Virus record (IMG/VR): IMGVR_UViG_3300037484_000197
Coordinates: 1-34,362 of that record
DNA from: a virus
Taxonomy: Duplodnaviria; Caudoviricetes
Strand: one strand, 5' to 3'
DNA length: 34,362 nucleotides
The position numbers were made by a program, and so were the translations under genes. The stretch's first letter is position 1. The number at the start of each line of letters is the position of its first letter. Shown here piece after piece: positions 8,865 through 17,448 of the stretch. A model generated the notes under the pieces. The model saw only the letters and a list, made by a program, of their open reading frames with translations. It searched no databases and was not told the DNA's origin.

Positions 8865-10085
8865 TTAGTGATCGACGTTCTTGATGAGTTTCAAGTAATC
8901 CATTCCACCGGCTTCGTACTCTTCTTTCATGAAAGCTAATGCGTCAGCTTTATTTGTCTGACGTTCTGTCATCTTAGTCAGGCGACGATTTGCTAGCTCA
9001 GTACATTCATGAAGAGAATCTTCATAAGTGAGCTGTTTTGGCGGTGTTTTCTGAGTAAACGCCGATGGTCCGCGTAAGCATCCGACCAACCCCAATTCCT
9101 TTGCGACCTTGATGTATCGAATTGCATCAATCACAACTCCAGCAGAGTTCTCAGAATCTTGAACTGATAACTTGCAGTCTAATGTAACAGGAGCATCACC
9201 AAATCCACGCATGTGTAGATTAAAGTAAGCAATCTTATTATCCTTCAAATACGGGATGAAAGTCGATGGGCCGGCAAACAGGGCTTCTGGATTTACAGGG
9301 ATACCACGTAGGTCATTCTGAGCACGAATGACGTTCTCTTTAGAGACTTTTTTGTGAGCTAACCGATTTTGTACCATCATATTGTTGAAGTCAGTGTTTC
9401 CGCCAACGTTAATCTGCTGATGGTAATCTACTTCCATTCCGCGACCAAAAGCTAGTTCTTGTAGCATCTGTGACAAGATTGAAGCTCCAAATTGGGACTT
9501 CATATCAGAACCGATGTAGGGCAGTCCAGCATTGATGAATTTTTCTTCCCAATCAGGGCCGTTGATGGTTAATACTGGCATGCAGTTCAAGAACGATACT
9601 CCAGCATCAACCGCAGCTTGTGCATAGAATTCTGTAGCTTCTTTAGAACCGACCGGTAGATAGTTAATGAGAATTTCTGCGCCGCTATCCTTGAGAGTCT
9701 GAACTACATCTACAGAATCTTCATTAGAGATACGGAAGCCATATTTCTCTGGCTGGTTTTGCATGTATTCTGATACACCGTCAAGAACCGGTCCCATCTG
9801 TACGATTGGACCATCAGGTACATCCTTGCAAAATACACGAGCACAATTTGGGTGAGCAAAGATCGCTTCTCCAGTAGGACGACCAACTTTGCGACGATCA
9901 ACATCGAAGGTAGCAACAATTTGAATGTCAGCAGGATGATAGCCACCGATACGAGGAAACATTACACCGGGGATCGAACGACCTTCTGCATCTTCATCAT
10001 GATCCTTGTAGTATTCAAGCCCTTGATAGAGTGAAGAGAAACAATTACCGACACCGATTACTGCTACTTTAATTTTCTTAGACAT
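8865..10085 (-). CDS. ino1: Myo-inositol-1-phosphate synthase
   Basis: GVGNCFSSL Rossmann motif, NYLPVGS, GSDMKSQFGA, NVGGNTDFNNM, KKVSK, DSENSAGVVIDAIR. Confidence 0.95.
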   Translation of the reverse strand: MSKKIKVAVIGVGNCFSSLYQGLEYYKDHDEDAEGRSIPGVMFPRIGGYHPADIQIVATFDVDRRKVGRPTGEAIFAHPNCARVFCKDVPDGPIVQMGPVLDGVSEYMQNQPEKYGFRISNEDSVDVVQTLKDSGAEILINYLPVGSKEATEFYAQAAVDAGVSFLNCMPVLTINGPDWEEKFINAGLPYIGSDMKSQFGASILSQMLQELAFGRGMEVDYHQQINVGGNTDFNNMMVQNRLAHKKVSKENVIRAQNDLRGIPVNPEALFAGPSTFIPYLKDNKIAYFNLHMRGFGDAPVTLDCKLSVQDSENSAGVVIDAIRYIKVAKELGLVGCLRGPSAFTQKTPPKQLTYEDSLHECTELANRRLTKMTERQTNKADALAFMKEEYEAGGMDYLKLIKNVDH

Positions 10086-10151
10086 AAATCTTCCTTGTGT
10101 TATTTCAGTTTAAGGGCATTGGCTCAGTTAAGAGAGTAGGCCTCTGACTTC

Positions 10152-10199
10152 TATTTACTAGATGTTCATTCTAACTCATTTTTTTGAGATAGTACATTT
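10152..10199 (-). promoter_or_regulatory. Tandem promoters of ino1: AAATGTACT-N17-TAGAAT plus late-like AGTAAATA
   Basis: -35 at 10191-10196, -10 at 10168-10173, late-like motif at 10152-10159. Confidence 0.6.
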
Positions 10200-10202
10200 G
10201 TC

Positions 10203-10964
10203 TTAATCGTAATCTTCACCGTCATAAGTAGAGTAATCGCGGAGCTTGCTCCCGTAGCTATTTTTGCTAAATTCTTCGTACTCTGCCTTGGCCTGATCAG
10301 CCCATGATTTTACGATCTTCGTCTCATATGTGACTAGATCCACTATCGCAATTCTCTGATCTTCTACAGGGTTGTCAAGATCTTCTATCAAAGATGAGAT
10401 GTAGCAATCATCTGAGTAACGATCAATGAACTCTTGATCAAGGGCTATCGCGAGGTGAACTCTGATCTTAGGTCTCAGTTCAATTTCTTGCTGGAAGGCA
10501 ACTTTTGTTACCCTGAGATTCGTCTGGAGCTCTCGTACAAGAATCTTCTGAACTGTCGAAGCGAAGTTAGATTCATTAGAATAGTCACCACCGTAGAGTT
10601 GTTGCTGAGCAAACGTTAAGAGGATCTTAGGTCGATCTTCAAGAGCTCGAAGAATCAACAGAGTGACTTCGTCAATGAGTTTGTTGCTAAGATCTTCATT
10701 CTTAGCGAGGTCGCACATGTCACCCACTACTGAAACGGCAAAATCTGGTGCTTCATCCGAGGGAGACTTACGAGGAGCATGCGCCCCAGAAAGAGGATTG
10801 ATGCTTGATCCTGGGGACGTCAGAGGAAGCTGCTGAAGGGACATTGCCATTTCTTTCTCCATTTCTTCTCGAGTAGGCAGTCCTAAGTATCTTATCATCT
10901 CAGAATGGCTGATAAAACCTTGTGTATACAGGTCAGCTACTTTTTCTAAACGATCTTGATGCAT
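10203..10964 (-). CDS. Hypothetical protein
   Basis: 253 aa ORF translationally coupled to the upstream gene; no motif recognised. Confidence 0.75.
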   Translation of the reverse strand: MHQDRLEKVADLYTQGFISHSEMIRYLGLPTREEMEKEMAMSLQQLPLTSPGSSINPLSGAHAPRKSPSDEAPDFAVSVVGDMCDLAKNEDLSNKLIDEVTLLILRALEDRPKILLTFAQQQLYGGDYSNESNFASTVQKILVRELQTNLRVTKVAFQQEIELRPKIRVHLAIALDQEFIDRYSDDCYISSLIEDLDNPVEDQRIAIVDLVTYETKIVKSWADQAKAEYEEFSKNSYGSKLRDYSTYDGEDYD

Positions 10965-12073
10965 CAGAAATCAAGCAACATGCTCACTGGCTTCTTAGGA
11001 GCTTGTGCGAAATATGGATTGCTGACGTTGTTTACGAGGTCCCAGCGATAGAACTTTCTTGCAAGATGCACCGATCTTGGACGTTCCATGAACGTCTGCA
11101 TATACTCAATACCGTCCATCTTGTACCAAGAATCAGGCCAAGAATAGAGACTCCATCCCGAGTTCCTTGCTGCCATCCCGGCGAGAGTATCTTTAAAAAG
11201 GTCCACGATGATTCGACGCTCTACGCGGGTACCAGTGAATGGAGTTCCCTTATAGCAACCTGTAGTCGGAATACGGCGAGTCTCGTCCTCGATGGGGACC
11301 GGGGTGACAAGCTCAATCGGACGATCTAGAGATTGAAGCTGGGCTTCATAGCGCTTGAGTAAATCTTTCGTGTAAGCAATCGGATCTGCCTCACGGTAGA
11401 TGTGATGACGAATGTCTATGTTTCCCCAGTAACAAGTCAGAGAATCAATGTCTTTAAGATCAAATCCCTCATCGGTAATCTCTTTCTGGATTGTCTTCTT
11501 CAAGACTCCGTTCAGAGTACGACCGTCCTTGCGAAGAACCATTTGTCCTGCACGATATACCGAGTGGGCATGCGAGTCACCCATTGTAAGATGACGAACC
11601 TTACCCGGAGCATAGTGCAATGCAGGTTCTTTGATCTGAAGAACATTCTGGCATCGTTGAGATACCTTTGCCCAGTCACATGCAGCCCAGTAATCAGACT
11701 GAGTACCCTTCTTAACGCGGCACAATTCGCCGTAGTCAGGCATCTTGTAGTCAAGAGAGATGTAGGTGATATGATCATGTTGAGGCCAAGCAAGACGTTC
11801 ATAGAACTTTGCAGCATGTTCAACCATTCCGTCAAAGACGTTCAATGCCTGAACATACCCTGGACGGGCTTCATGGAAGTCCATTCCATGGTAGATGAAG
11901 ATCGTGTCAAATTCACTCCAGTCACGAGAGTGACGAGGGATATCTTCATCGCATACCTTGACGTCAATTCCAAGGTTTCGCAGTTGATTGGCACGAAGAT
12001 GTGCCCAGCTAGATTGGTGGGAGTACATTGATGATGCTAATTTCCTACTCATCAGATCAATTCCAGCTTTCAT
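10964..12073 (-). CDS. Phage protein with a C-terminal SGNH-like domain
   Basis: MGDSH, WGNIDIRHH, terminal SVHL. Confidence 0.6.
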   Translation of the reverse strand: MKAGIDLMSRKLASSMYSHQSSWAHLRANQLRNLGIDVKVCDEDIPRHSRDWSEFDTIFIYHGMDFHEARPGYVQALNVFDGMVEHAAKFYERLAWPQHDHITYISLDYKMPDYGELCRVKKGTQSDYWAACDWAKVSQRCQNVLQIKEPALHYAPGKVRHLTMGDSHAHSVYRAGQMVLRKDGRTLNGVLKKTIQKEITDEGFDLKDIDSLTCYWGNIDIRHHIYREADPIAYTKDLLKRYEAQLQSLDRPIELVTPVPIEDETRRIPTTGCYKGTPFTGTRVERRIIVDLFKDTLAGMAARNSGWSLYSWPDSWYKMDGIEYMQTFMERPRSVHLARKFYRWDLVNNVSNPYFAQAPKKPVSMLLDF

Positions 12074-12330
12074 TACAATTCCTTACTTACAGGTAGTTCA
12101 ACGAAGATCTCACCATTCCAATCAGCAGCAAACTGCGTAGCTGCGGCTTTGTCGGTGAACCAAAATTTGAAGTCATATCCTGGTCGCTGAAGAACTCTAC
12201 CCCACTCATGGAATTCTTTCAGCGTACGATATGCTTTGCTTACAGTTACTTCATTCGACTCAACATGATCAATTAGCTTCTTGATCGTCTCCATCGTATC
12301 AGGAGTTTTGATGTTGACTACGAATCTCAT
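12073..12330 (-). CDS. Hypothetical protein
   Basis: Coupled at both ends; ATG at 12330 overlaps the upstream stop. Confidence 0.65.
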   Translation of the reverse strand: MRFVVNIKTPDTMETIKKLIDHVESNEVTVSKAYRTLKEFHEWGRVLQRPGYDFKFWFTDKAAATQFAADWNGEIFVELPVSKEL

Positions 12331-12815
12331 TCTTCTTTCCAATTCAAGTTCAGTGGCTCAAAGTAGATCTTTTCTGGTTGAAGATAGACTAGACCAGGAC
12401 GACGAAAATTAACATCAAATCCAGCAGGTACATCATATGACAGTGTGATGTGTGGAATGTAATCGTCGAAGTCATGAATTGCACCGGCGTTGATCAGCTC
12501 ATCGTGAAGTTTAATCAGCTCTGGAGCTACCAAGGTCATCACTAATACTTTCTTTTCCGGTGTTTCAGGCGAAGAAGGGAACAGTTCAAACGCTTTTGGA
12601 GTAAAAACCCACCCAAGCTTCTTCAGTTCTTCAGCGTCCATACTTCGATAGTCAGAAGTAGCAATCGGCTTTCTGCTGTAGATTAGAGTAGTGTGAAACT
12701 TCTCAGCTGAGAGAGGATTAGGGATACCCCAGATCTTCATCAGCTGTTCAAGTACTACACAGGAAGCTTCGGTGTACTTCACCGCCCCATAGGTTCCGTT
12801 TCGACGTTCGATCAA
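12327..12815 (-). CDS. acb1: 2H phosphoesterase, T4 57B / anti-CBASS Acb1 family
   Basis: Two HxT motifs: FHTTLIYSRK and HDFDDYIPHITLSY. Confidence 0.85.
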   Translation of the reverse strand: MIERRNGTYGAVKYTEASCVVLEQLMKIWGIPNPLSAEKFHTTLIYSRKPIATSDYRSMDAEELKKLGWVFTPKAFELFPSSPETPEKKVLVMTLVAPELIKLHDELINAGAIHDFDDYIPHITLSYDVPAGFDVNFRRPGLVYLQPEKIYFEPLNLNWKEE

Positions 12816-13315
12816 AGAGCAGCTTCTTTCTGTTTACGTGAATATGGTTTCAAAAGAAAATTTCTCTTCTTTGTTTCACTTATCTTAGCACAAACTTCTG
12901 GCGGTCTAGGCCCTATTTTCTTACCCTTCAGACCGGCATGCATTTTCTTTACATTCTCTCGCTTTTGTTCAATTGTTCTAGATGCGTTTGCTTTTCTAGC
13001 TTTTGCTGATCTCTGTTCTGGAGTACCATAATTTGAATGCCCTTCACCACCGTCAGTGAAGTTCCAAAGAGTTCCAGTTTCAAGATCACGTCTACCAAAC
13101 TTTTGAATGAGATCTCTTTCAAGAGCGAAAGCTATCTCTTCAGTTTCACATTCAATGATCTCAATCAACTGATCGAAACCAGATTCTTTAATGAAGTTTA
13201 TTCGACTTTGAGCACTTTTGTTCTTCCTGGCATAAACTCTTGAAGGCTGACCCTTACCCACATAGAAAGGTTCCATGTTTCTAGTAGGGTCACGATAAAT
13301 GTAACATACAAACAT
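12812..13315 (-). CDS. GIY-YIG homing endonuclease (LEM-3-like) with NUMOD3-like tail
   Basis: CYIYRDP...PFYVGKG...R, E, NFTDGGEG; RPPEVCAKISETKK. Confidence 0.8.
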   Translation of the reverse strand: MFVCYIYRDPTRNMEPFYVGKGQPSRVYARKNKSAQSRINFIKESGFDQLIEIIECETEEIAFALERDLIQKFGRRDLETGTLWNFTDGGEGHSNYGTPEQRSAKARKANASRTIEQKRENVKKMHAGLKGKKIGPRPPEVCAKISETKKRNFLLKPYSRKQKEAAL

Positions 13316-13848
13316 CAGAGAATAAGTTCCATAGCAGTCATATTCCCCATGTGTTTGCCAAGATCCTGTGGAGTAAGTAAGCAACAGTAACTGAGATCAG
13401 CTCTCATCTCGTTTCGAATCGAGTGCGTAGATTCCGGGAGCTGTCCAACCGGATGCAGCGTCATGTGCATTCTCGGGATCATCACGTAAGTGCAGGTATC
13501 ACGCGGTATCAGATCAAGAAGAACTACAGGTGACGTGTAGTAATCGTGCATCTCCGGATGCATCAGCAAAGCGAGATAGTTGCTTGAAGCGCATTGGGTG
13601 ATCGGAACTGTGTCGATCATCTTGGTATCTTCATCTACGATCAAGAGGTTCCAAGACACCGGGACGTTGAAGTCAAAGCCGTTGATTCTGACGCGAACCG
13701 TTGGTCCTTGTGTTTCCTCGAGGAGGTTGATCGGCCTCAAGAGAAAGTCATTTACTGAGGCATCATAGAACCAACTGAATTTTGGAACTACTGGACCTGA
13801 AACGTTGTCGATTAGATGCGGAAAACCATATTCGGGCAAGATTAACAC
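13315..13848 (-). CDS. Hypothetical protein
   Basis: 177 aa ORF directly downstream of a strong promoter. Confidence 0.75.
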   Translation of the reverse strand: MLILPEYGFPHLIDNVSGPVVPKFSWFYDASVNDFLLRPINLLEETQGPTVRVRINGFDFNVPVSWNLLIVDEDTKMIDTVPITQCASSNYLALLMHPEMHDYYTSPVVLLDLIPRDTCTYVMIPRMHMTLHPVGQLPESTHSIRNEMRADLSYCCLLTPQDLGKHMGNMTAMELIL

Positions 13849-13875
13849 TTGAAGCCTTTCAAAGATTGCCTTAAC

Positions 13876-13905
13876 ATTATATCATTGTTTAAGACGTAAG
13901 TAAAC
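13876..13905 (-). promoter_or_regulatory. T4-early-like sigma70 promoter GTTTACT-N17-TATAAT with extended -10 TG
   Basis: TTTACT at 13899-13904, TATAAT at 13876-13881, 17 nt spacer, intergenic. Confidence 0.8.
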
Positions 13906-14153
13906 TATTGATGAACTTCTTCGGCTAAATCATTGATAGTCTCTTGAAGATGTTCTGTAAGACCAATGAATCCATCAGTTTCGCTCTCTTCAGAAAAGCC
14001 TCTAAACTTAACACGGGCTGGATATGCAGCGATTACCCTACCATTTTCTTCTATGTCAAGAATTATCGCCCAACCAAATGTATGTAAGATGCGATTGACC
14101 CACCAAAGTAGCTTGGTAGCTTTAAATTCTTCCCAACTTTTTCGTTCTATCAT
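13905..14153 (-). CDS. Hypothetical protein
   Basis: ATGA overlap with the uvsW stop. Confidence 0.7.
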   Translation of the reverse strand: MIERKSWEEFKATKLLWWVNRILHTFGWAIILDIEENGRVIAAYPARVKFRGFSEESETDGFIGLTEHLQETINDLAEEVHQ

Positions 14154-15565
14154 TTATAGGATAGCTTCTTCACTTTCAACATTGGGTATCCAGCTTCATT
14201 ATAGTAAAGAGATCTAGATTTCCAGTGCTTCTTGGCATACTTGAGCCTGGAGTAAGCGTCTACGACGAAGATCTTGTTCTTGTCACCCTTCTTACGCAAA
14301 CCGCGACCGACTGCCTGTATGCACTTGACAAAAGACTTACCAGTGTCTAACATGACTAGACAAAAGATTCGGTCGATACTGAGACCTGTAGAAGCAATAC
14401 CAGCAGAGGCGATCACACAGATGTCATTCTGTTCAGCGTACTTCGCATATTCTTCTTGACGCAATTGGGCTTTACTGCCACCGTCGAGGTACACAGCGTC
14501 TGGAATCAATGCAGCAATGTCTCTTCCCTGCTGTAGGGACTGAGTATTCACCAGGACCATCGTGTTACCGTACTTAGCACGAAGCTCTTGGATGTACTTT
14601 GCCAAGGCTTCATTGCGTTCATCGTGCCTTGTAAGGTAGGCTCTCTCTGAAGCGTAGTCGGGTAGTTCAGGATCCTCGTCGATCGTTTCGATCGGTTCGA
14701 TCAAGATTTCAGAGAGATAGCCGTTTGCGATTAACCAGGAAGCATGAACTTCACGAACGATTCGACCAATAGACAGCTTCAAGCTATACTGGTCAACTTG
14801 TGGTTTCGGGAAGGTTCCGGTGCAACCGTAGCGGTGTGAGATGTGCTTGCCGTGGTTGTTGATTAGTTCTTTAATAACGTTCGCTTTCGCTCCATGTGCT
14901 TCATCGACAATGATTGCCTGAAAGAAGCTCATGTAGTGAGGGACGTTTTGAAGAGACTGCCAAGTTCCCACGACGATGGGATGGTCGATGTCTTTTTGAC
15001 TACCAGAGTACTCTCCTACTGTTACAGGATATGCTGCTAACTTTTCACGAAATTCAGCAACTGTTTGTGTCACGAGGTCAGCAGACGGCACAATGATGAG
15101 GGTTTGCAGACCGTTGAGGTGAAGTACCATCGACAATGCCGCACACATCGAGGTCTTGCCTGCTCCGGTAGCACAGATCGCAAATCCGGAGCCTTCTTCG
15201 AGGAGTGAGTTAACAACGTCTACTTGATACGGACGAAGCTTAAAGTGTTCAAGCCCGAAGAAGTTTTCGTCAACTCTGTCGGTGATGACAGGAGCTGGCA
15301 TGCGCTTGTCGATGAGGTCGACTTCATATCCCCATGAACAGATGTAGGGAAGAATCTCATCGAGGATCTTTGTGTAGGTCTTACCGTTCTTCTCAAAGAA
15401 TCGGAGCTTACCATCCCAGCGCCTAAGCTGGTATGCTGGCATATGAAAATATCCGTCAACGAAGACTCCGAATTTTTCCCAAAGCAAGTCAAGGTGTTCT
15501 GGGCGGAGTCCCCCTAGTCGACAATTTACTTCATCATCTAGGTGAATTGTACACATAAGTGTCAT
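14150..15565 (-). CDS. uvsW: UvsW-like SF2 DNA helicase
   Basis: LRPYQ, ATGAGKT, VDEAH, TGT, STGLSI, QAVGRGLR; WDGK N-terminal motif; uvsX/uvsY context. Confidence 0.93.
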   Translation of the reverse strand: MTLMCTIHLDDEVNCRLGGLRPEHLDLLWEKFGVFVDGYFHMPAYQLRRWDGKLRFFEKNGKTYTKILDEILPYICSWGYEVDLIDKRMPAPVITDRVDENFFGLEHFKLRPYQVDVVNSLLEEGSGFAICATGAGKTSMCAALSMVLHLNGLQTLIIVPSADLVTQTVAEFREKLAAYPVTVGEYSGSQKDIDHPIVVGTWQSLQNVPHYMSFFQAIIVDEAHGAKANVIKELINNHGKHISHRYGCTGTFPKPQVDQYSLKLSIGRIVREVHASWLIANGYLSEILIEPIETIDEDPELPDYASERAYLTRHDERNEALAKYIQELRAKYGNTMVLVNTQSLQQGRDIAALIPDAVYLDGGSKAQLRQEEYAKYAEQNDICVIASAGIASTGLSIDRIFCLVMLDTGKSFVKCIQAVGRGLRKKGDKNKIFVVDAYSRLKYAKKHWKSRSLYYNEAGYPMLKVKKLSYK

Positions 15566-15747
15566 TTGTAATTTACACCCGCCTCATTCAAGAGGTTCTT
15601 AAGCTTCTTTCTGAAACTATACTTCTCAGACTCGGTCATGCAGTCATAAGCAGCTCCGAGAAGAGTCGACTGATCTATCTCATAGACGATCTTGTCGACA
15701 ACGATCTCTGCCATGTCGATTAGCTTGACTCCGTCTATGTAAGGCAT
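15562..15747 (-). CDS. Hypothetical protein
   Basis: Fills the gap; coupled to uvsW. Confidence 0.6.
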   Translation of the reverse strand: MPYIDGVKLIDMAEIVVDKIVYEIDQSTLLGAAYDCMTESEKYSFRKKLKNLLNEAGVNYK

Positions 15748-15750
15748 ACT

Positions 15751-16113
15751 TTAAGCCTTATCAGCGCGTTCTTGCGCTGCCTTGTCAGAGTACTTACCAC
15801 CGGCGTAACGAATGCTCAGCTTCTTCTTGTTCGCGGTGATAGTTTCTTCACGAGTTATGCCAAGCCCTTGACGCAGTCCTTCCATGTAGAACTCAAGGTC
15901 ACCGAGCTCTTCAACGACGTTCTCGCGGTCGAGGGGCTTGTTGTAGATTGCGGCTTTCTTGATCGCATCGAGCAATTCACCAGCTTCACCGGACACACCG
16001 AGAACCATGTGAACGATGTGAGCTTTTTCAGGAGTGAGAGTAGCAAGAATGTCTACACCCGGCTTGGCGAGGGCTGCGATCATCTCTGGGTAGTTAATCT
16101 GATTGTGTGGCAT
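15751..16113 (-). CDS. MazG-like nucleotide pyrophosphohydrolase
   Basis: GVSGEAGELLDAIKK...EELGDLEFY...NKKKLSIRY. Confidence 0.88.
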   Translation of the reverse strand: MPHNQINYPEMIAALAKPGVDILATLTPEKAHIVHMVLGVSGEAGELLDAIKKAAIYNKPLDRENVVEELGDLEFYMEGLRQGLGITREETITANKKKLSIRYAGGKYSDKAAQERADKA

Positions 16114-16378
16114 GGTTAGCTTTCCTGTTTGTTGTGATATGTTTCCAAGCTTCTTCAATGAGGAGAAGCTGTCGTCTGAATGCTAGAGAAGGATAATCCT
16201 GAAGAGACGAATTCGTAGCTAATTTAGCTTCTTCTTCGGTGACGCTTCTAAAGACCGACGAAAGTTCTAGGGCTCTTTGCTTGAGAGTCGGATCACCAAG
16301 GGTTTCTGCTAGCTTTGAATATGTCTGAAGTGCAGTGGTGATGATCTCTATGTCTGAAACTTTTTGCGATTGAGTCAT
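16094..16378 (-). CDS. Hypothetical protein
   Basis: AAGGAG RBS before the ATG. Confidence 0.65.
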   Translation of the reverse strand: MTQSQKVSDIEIITTALQTYSKLAETLGDPTLKQRALELSSVFRSVTEEEAKLATNSSLQDYPSLAFRRQLLLIEEAWKHITTNRKANHATQSD

Positions 16379-16407
16379 TGTAATCTCCTTTCGAGATTTA
16401 GTACATT
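16377..16407 (-). promoter_or_regulatory. Promoter AATGTACT-N17-TACAAT
   Basis: -35 at 16400-16405, -10 at 16377-16382 (overlaps the ATG at 16378). Confidence 0.55.
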
Positions 16408-16870
16408 AAAGCACAGTGTCTTGCAGTTGAGCGATTCGAAGTTTGACTATATGGCCCAAACTCCAGCCCATGCTCTTGAGAGCTTCAACGATCGACTCTA
16501 GACGACGTTTGGTGTGTTGAACTTCCATGAGAACTTCTAGAGCATTAACGTATCTCGGTTCGCTCTTGATGTACTGTTGAATCTCTCTTGGACCGAGAGC
16601 TCGTTGACTCGTCTCATTGATCTGGCGATAAAGATCAGACTCGATCTCTTCTACCTTGGCCTTGATAGCTTCCTCGATAGTCTTACACTCTTGTAGCATC
16701 TGATCATATGTCATAAGATCTTTGGCGTGGGTCTTACAAGCTTCCTCAAGATTACGGCCTTGAAGTTCAAAGCAGACTTCGGCAGCGTCGATGAGTTGTT
16801 CATACAACACAATGCGCCCTGGAACTTTGTTGAGATTTAGCTCTCTCTTGGTGTCTTGGATGAATGACAT
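16406..16870 (-). CDS. uvsY: UvsY-like recombination mediator
   Basis: Helical protein with EIQQYIKSEPRY and a C-terminal GWSLGHIVKLR; lies between uvsX and uvsW. Confidence 0.75.
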   Translation of the reverse strand: MSFIQDTKRELNLNKVPGRIVLYEQLIDAAEVCFELQGRNLEEACKTHAKDLMTYDQMLQECKTIEEAIKAKVEEIESDLYRQINETSQRALGPREIQQYIKSEPRYVNALEVLMEVQHTKRRLESIVEALKSMGWSLGHIVKLRIAQLQDTVL

Positions 16871-16871
16871 T

Positions 16872-17129
16872 TTATGTAACGAGCTCGTCTTCTAACTCAA
16901 CCATCCAACTGGGTTCGAGTGTATTAGTCTCTTCAGTAAGAACGAAGTAATCTTGCAAAAACCGATGATCAAACGTTTTAGCTTGTACATCTCTAACCGG
17001 CTTCTCTTGAAGTTGCGTCGCGAGGGCTTCTGCTTTCTCTGCGAGACTCTCTATCAAAAGTGACTTGCTCTCCACCATTGATAGAGAGCAAGTTAACAGT
17101 GCAGTTAGATCACTGGGCAGTTGCTTCAT
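16872..17129 (-). CDS. Hypothetical protein
   Basis: ORF in operon position. Confidence 0.6.
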   Translation of the reverse strand: MKQLPSDLTALLTCSLSMVESKSLLIESLAEKAEALATQLQEKPVRDVQAKTFDHRFLQDYFVLTEETNTLEPSWMVELEDELVT

Positions 17130-17448
17130 TGACGCCTACCTTGCAGAGGACTTCAGAGATCGGGATTACTAGAAAAGTGTCCTTGTTCACCGAGATCTCA
17201 CGAGCAGATTGACGAACGAAGATGATTCGGTCTCCTGCCTTGACGGGCAGAGGAACCAAATTTCCCTTCTTGTCAACCTTACCTGGCCCCACAGTAAGTA
17301 CGACACCGTCGACTGGAGCAGTAGAGTTCTTATCAACCACGTCGGGGATCACCAAACCCGAAGCAGTGGTTGTCGGCTTCGGAATCGGAAAGACCATCAC
17401 GAGGTCGTGAAGTAGAGTAAAGTTAGCTTTCGGAACGGTAATGCTCAT
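17110..17448 (-). CDS. groES: GroES-like co-chaperonin (copy 1)
   Basis: LLHDLVMV, TTASGLVIP mobile loop, GVVLTVGPG, VKAGDRIIF. Confidence 0.9.
   Translation of the reverse strand: MSITVPKANFTLLHDLVMVFPIPKPTTTASGLVIPDVVDKNSTAPVDGVVLTVGPGKVDKKGNLVPLPVKAGDRIIFVRQSAREISVNKDTFLVIPISEVLCKVGVNEATAQ

Noticed and set aside
5885-10085. Mycothiol biosynthesis (Ino1 plus MshA-like glycosyltransferase)
   Set aside because: No MshB/C/D-like genes in the window, and the neighbours are DNA-acting enzymes; kept only as an alternative
10840-10964. N-terminus of ORF 10203-10964 (FISHSEMIRYLGLPTREEMEKE) resembling a portal C-terminal helix
   Set aside because: Similarity too short and generic to call another structural fragment without a profile search
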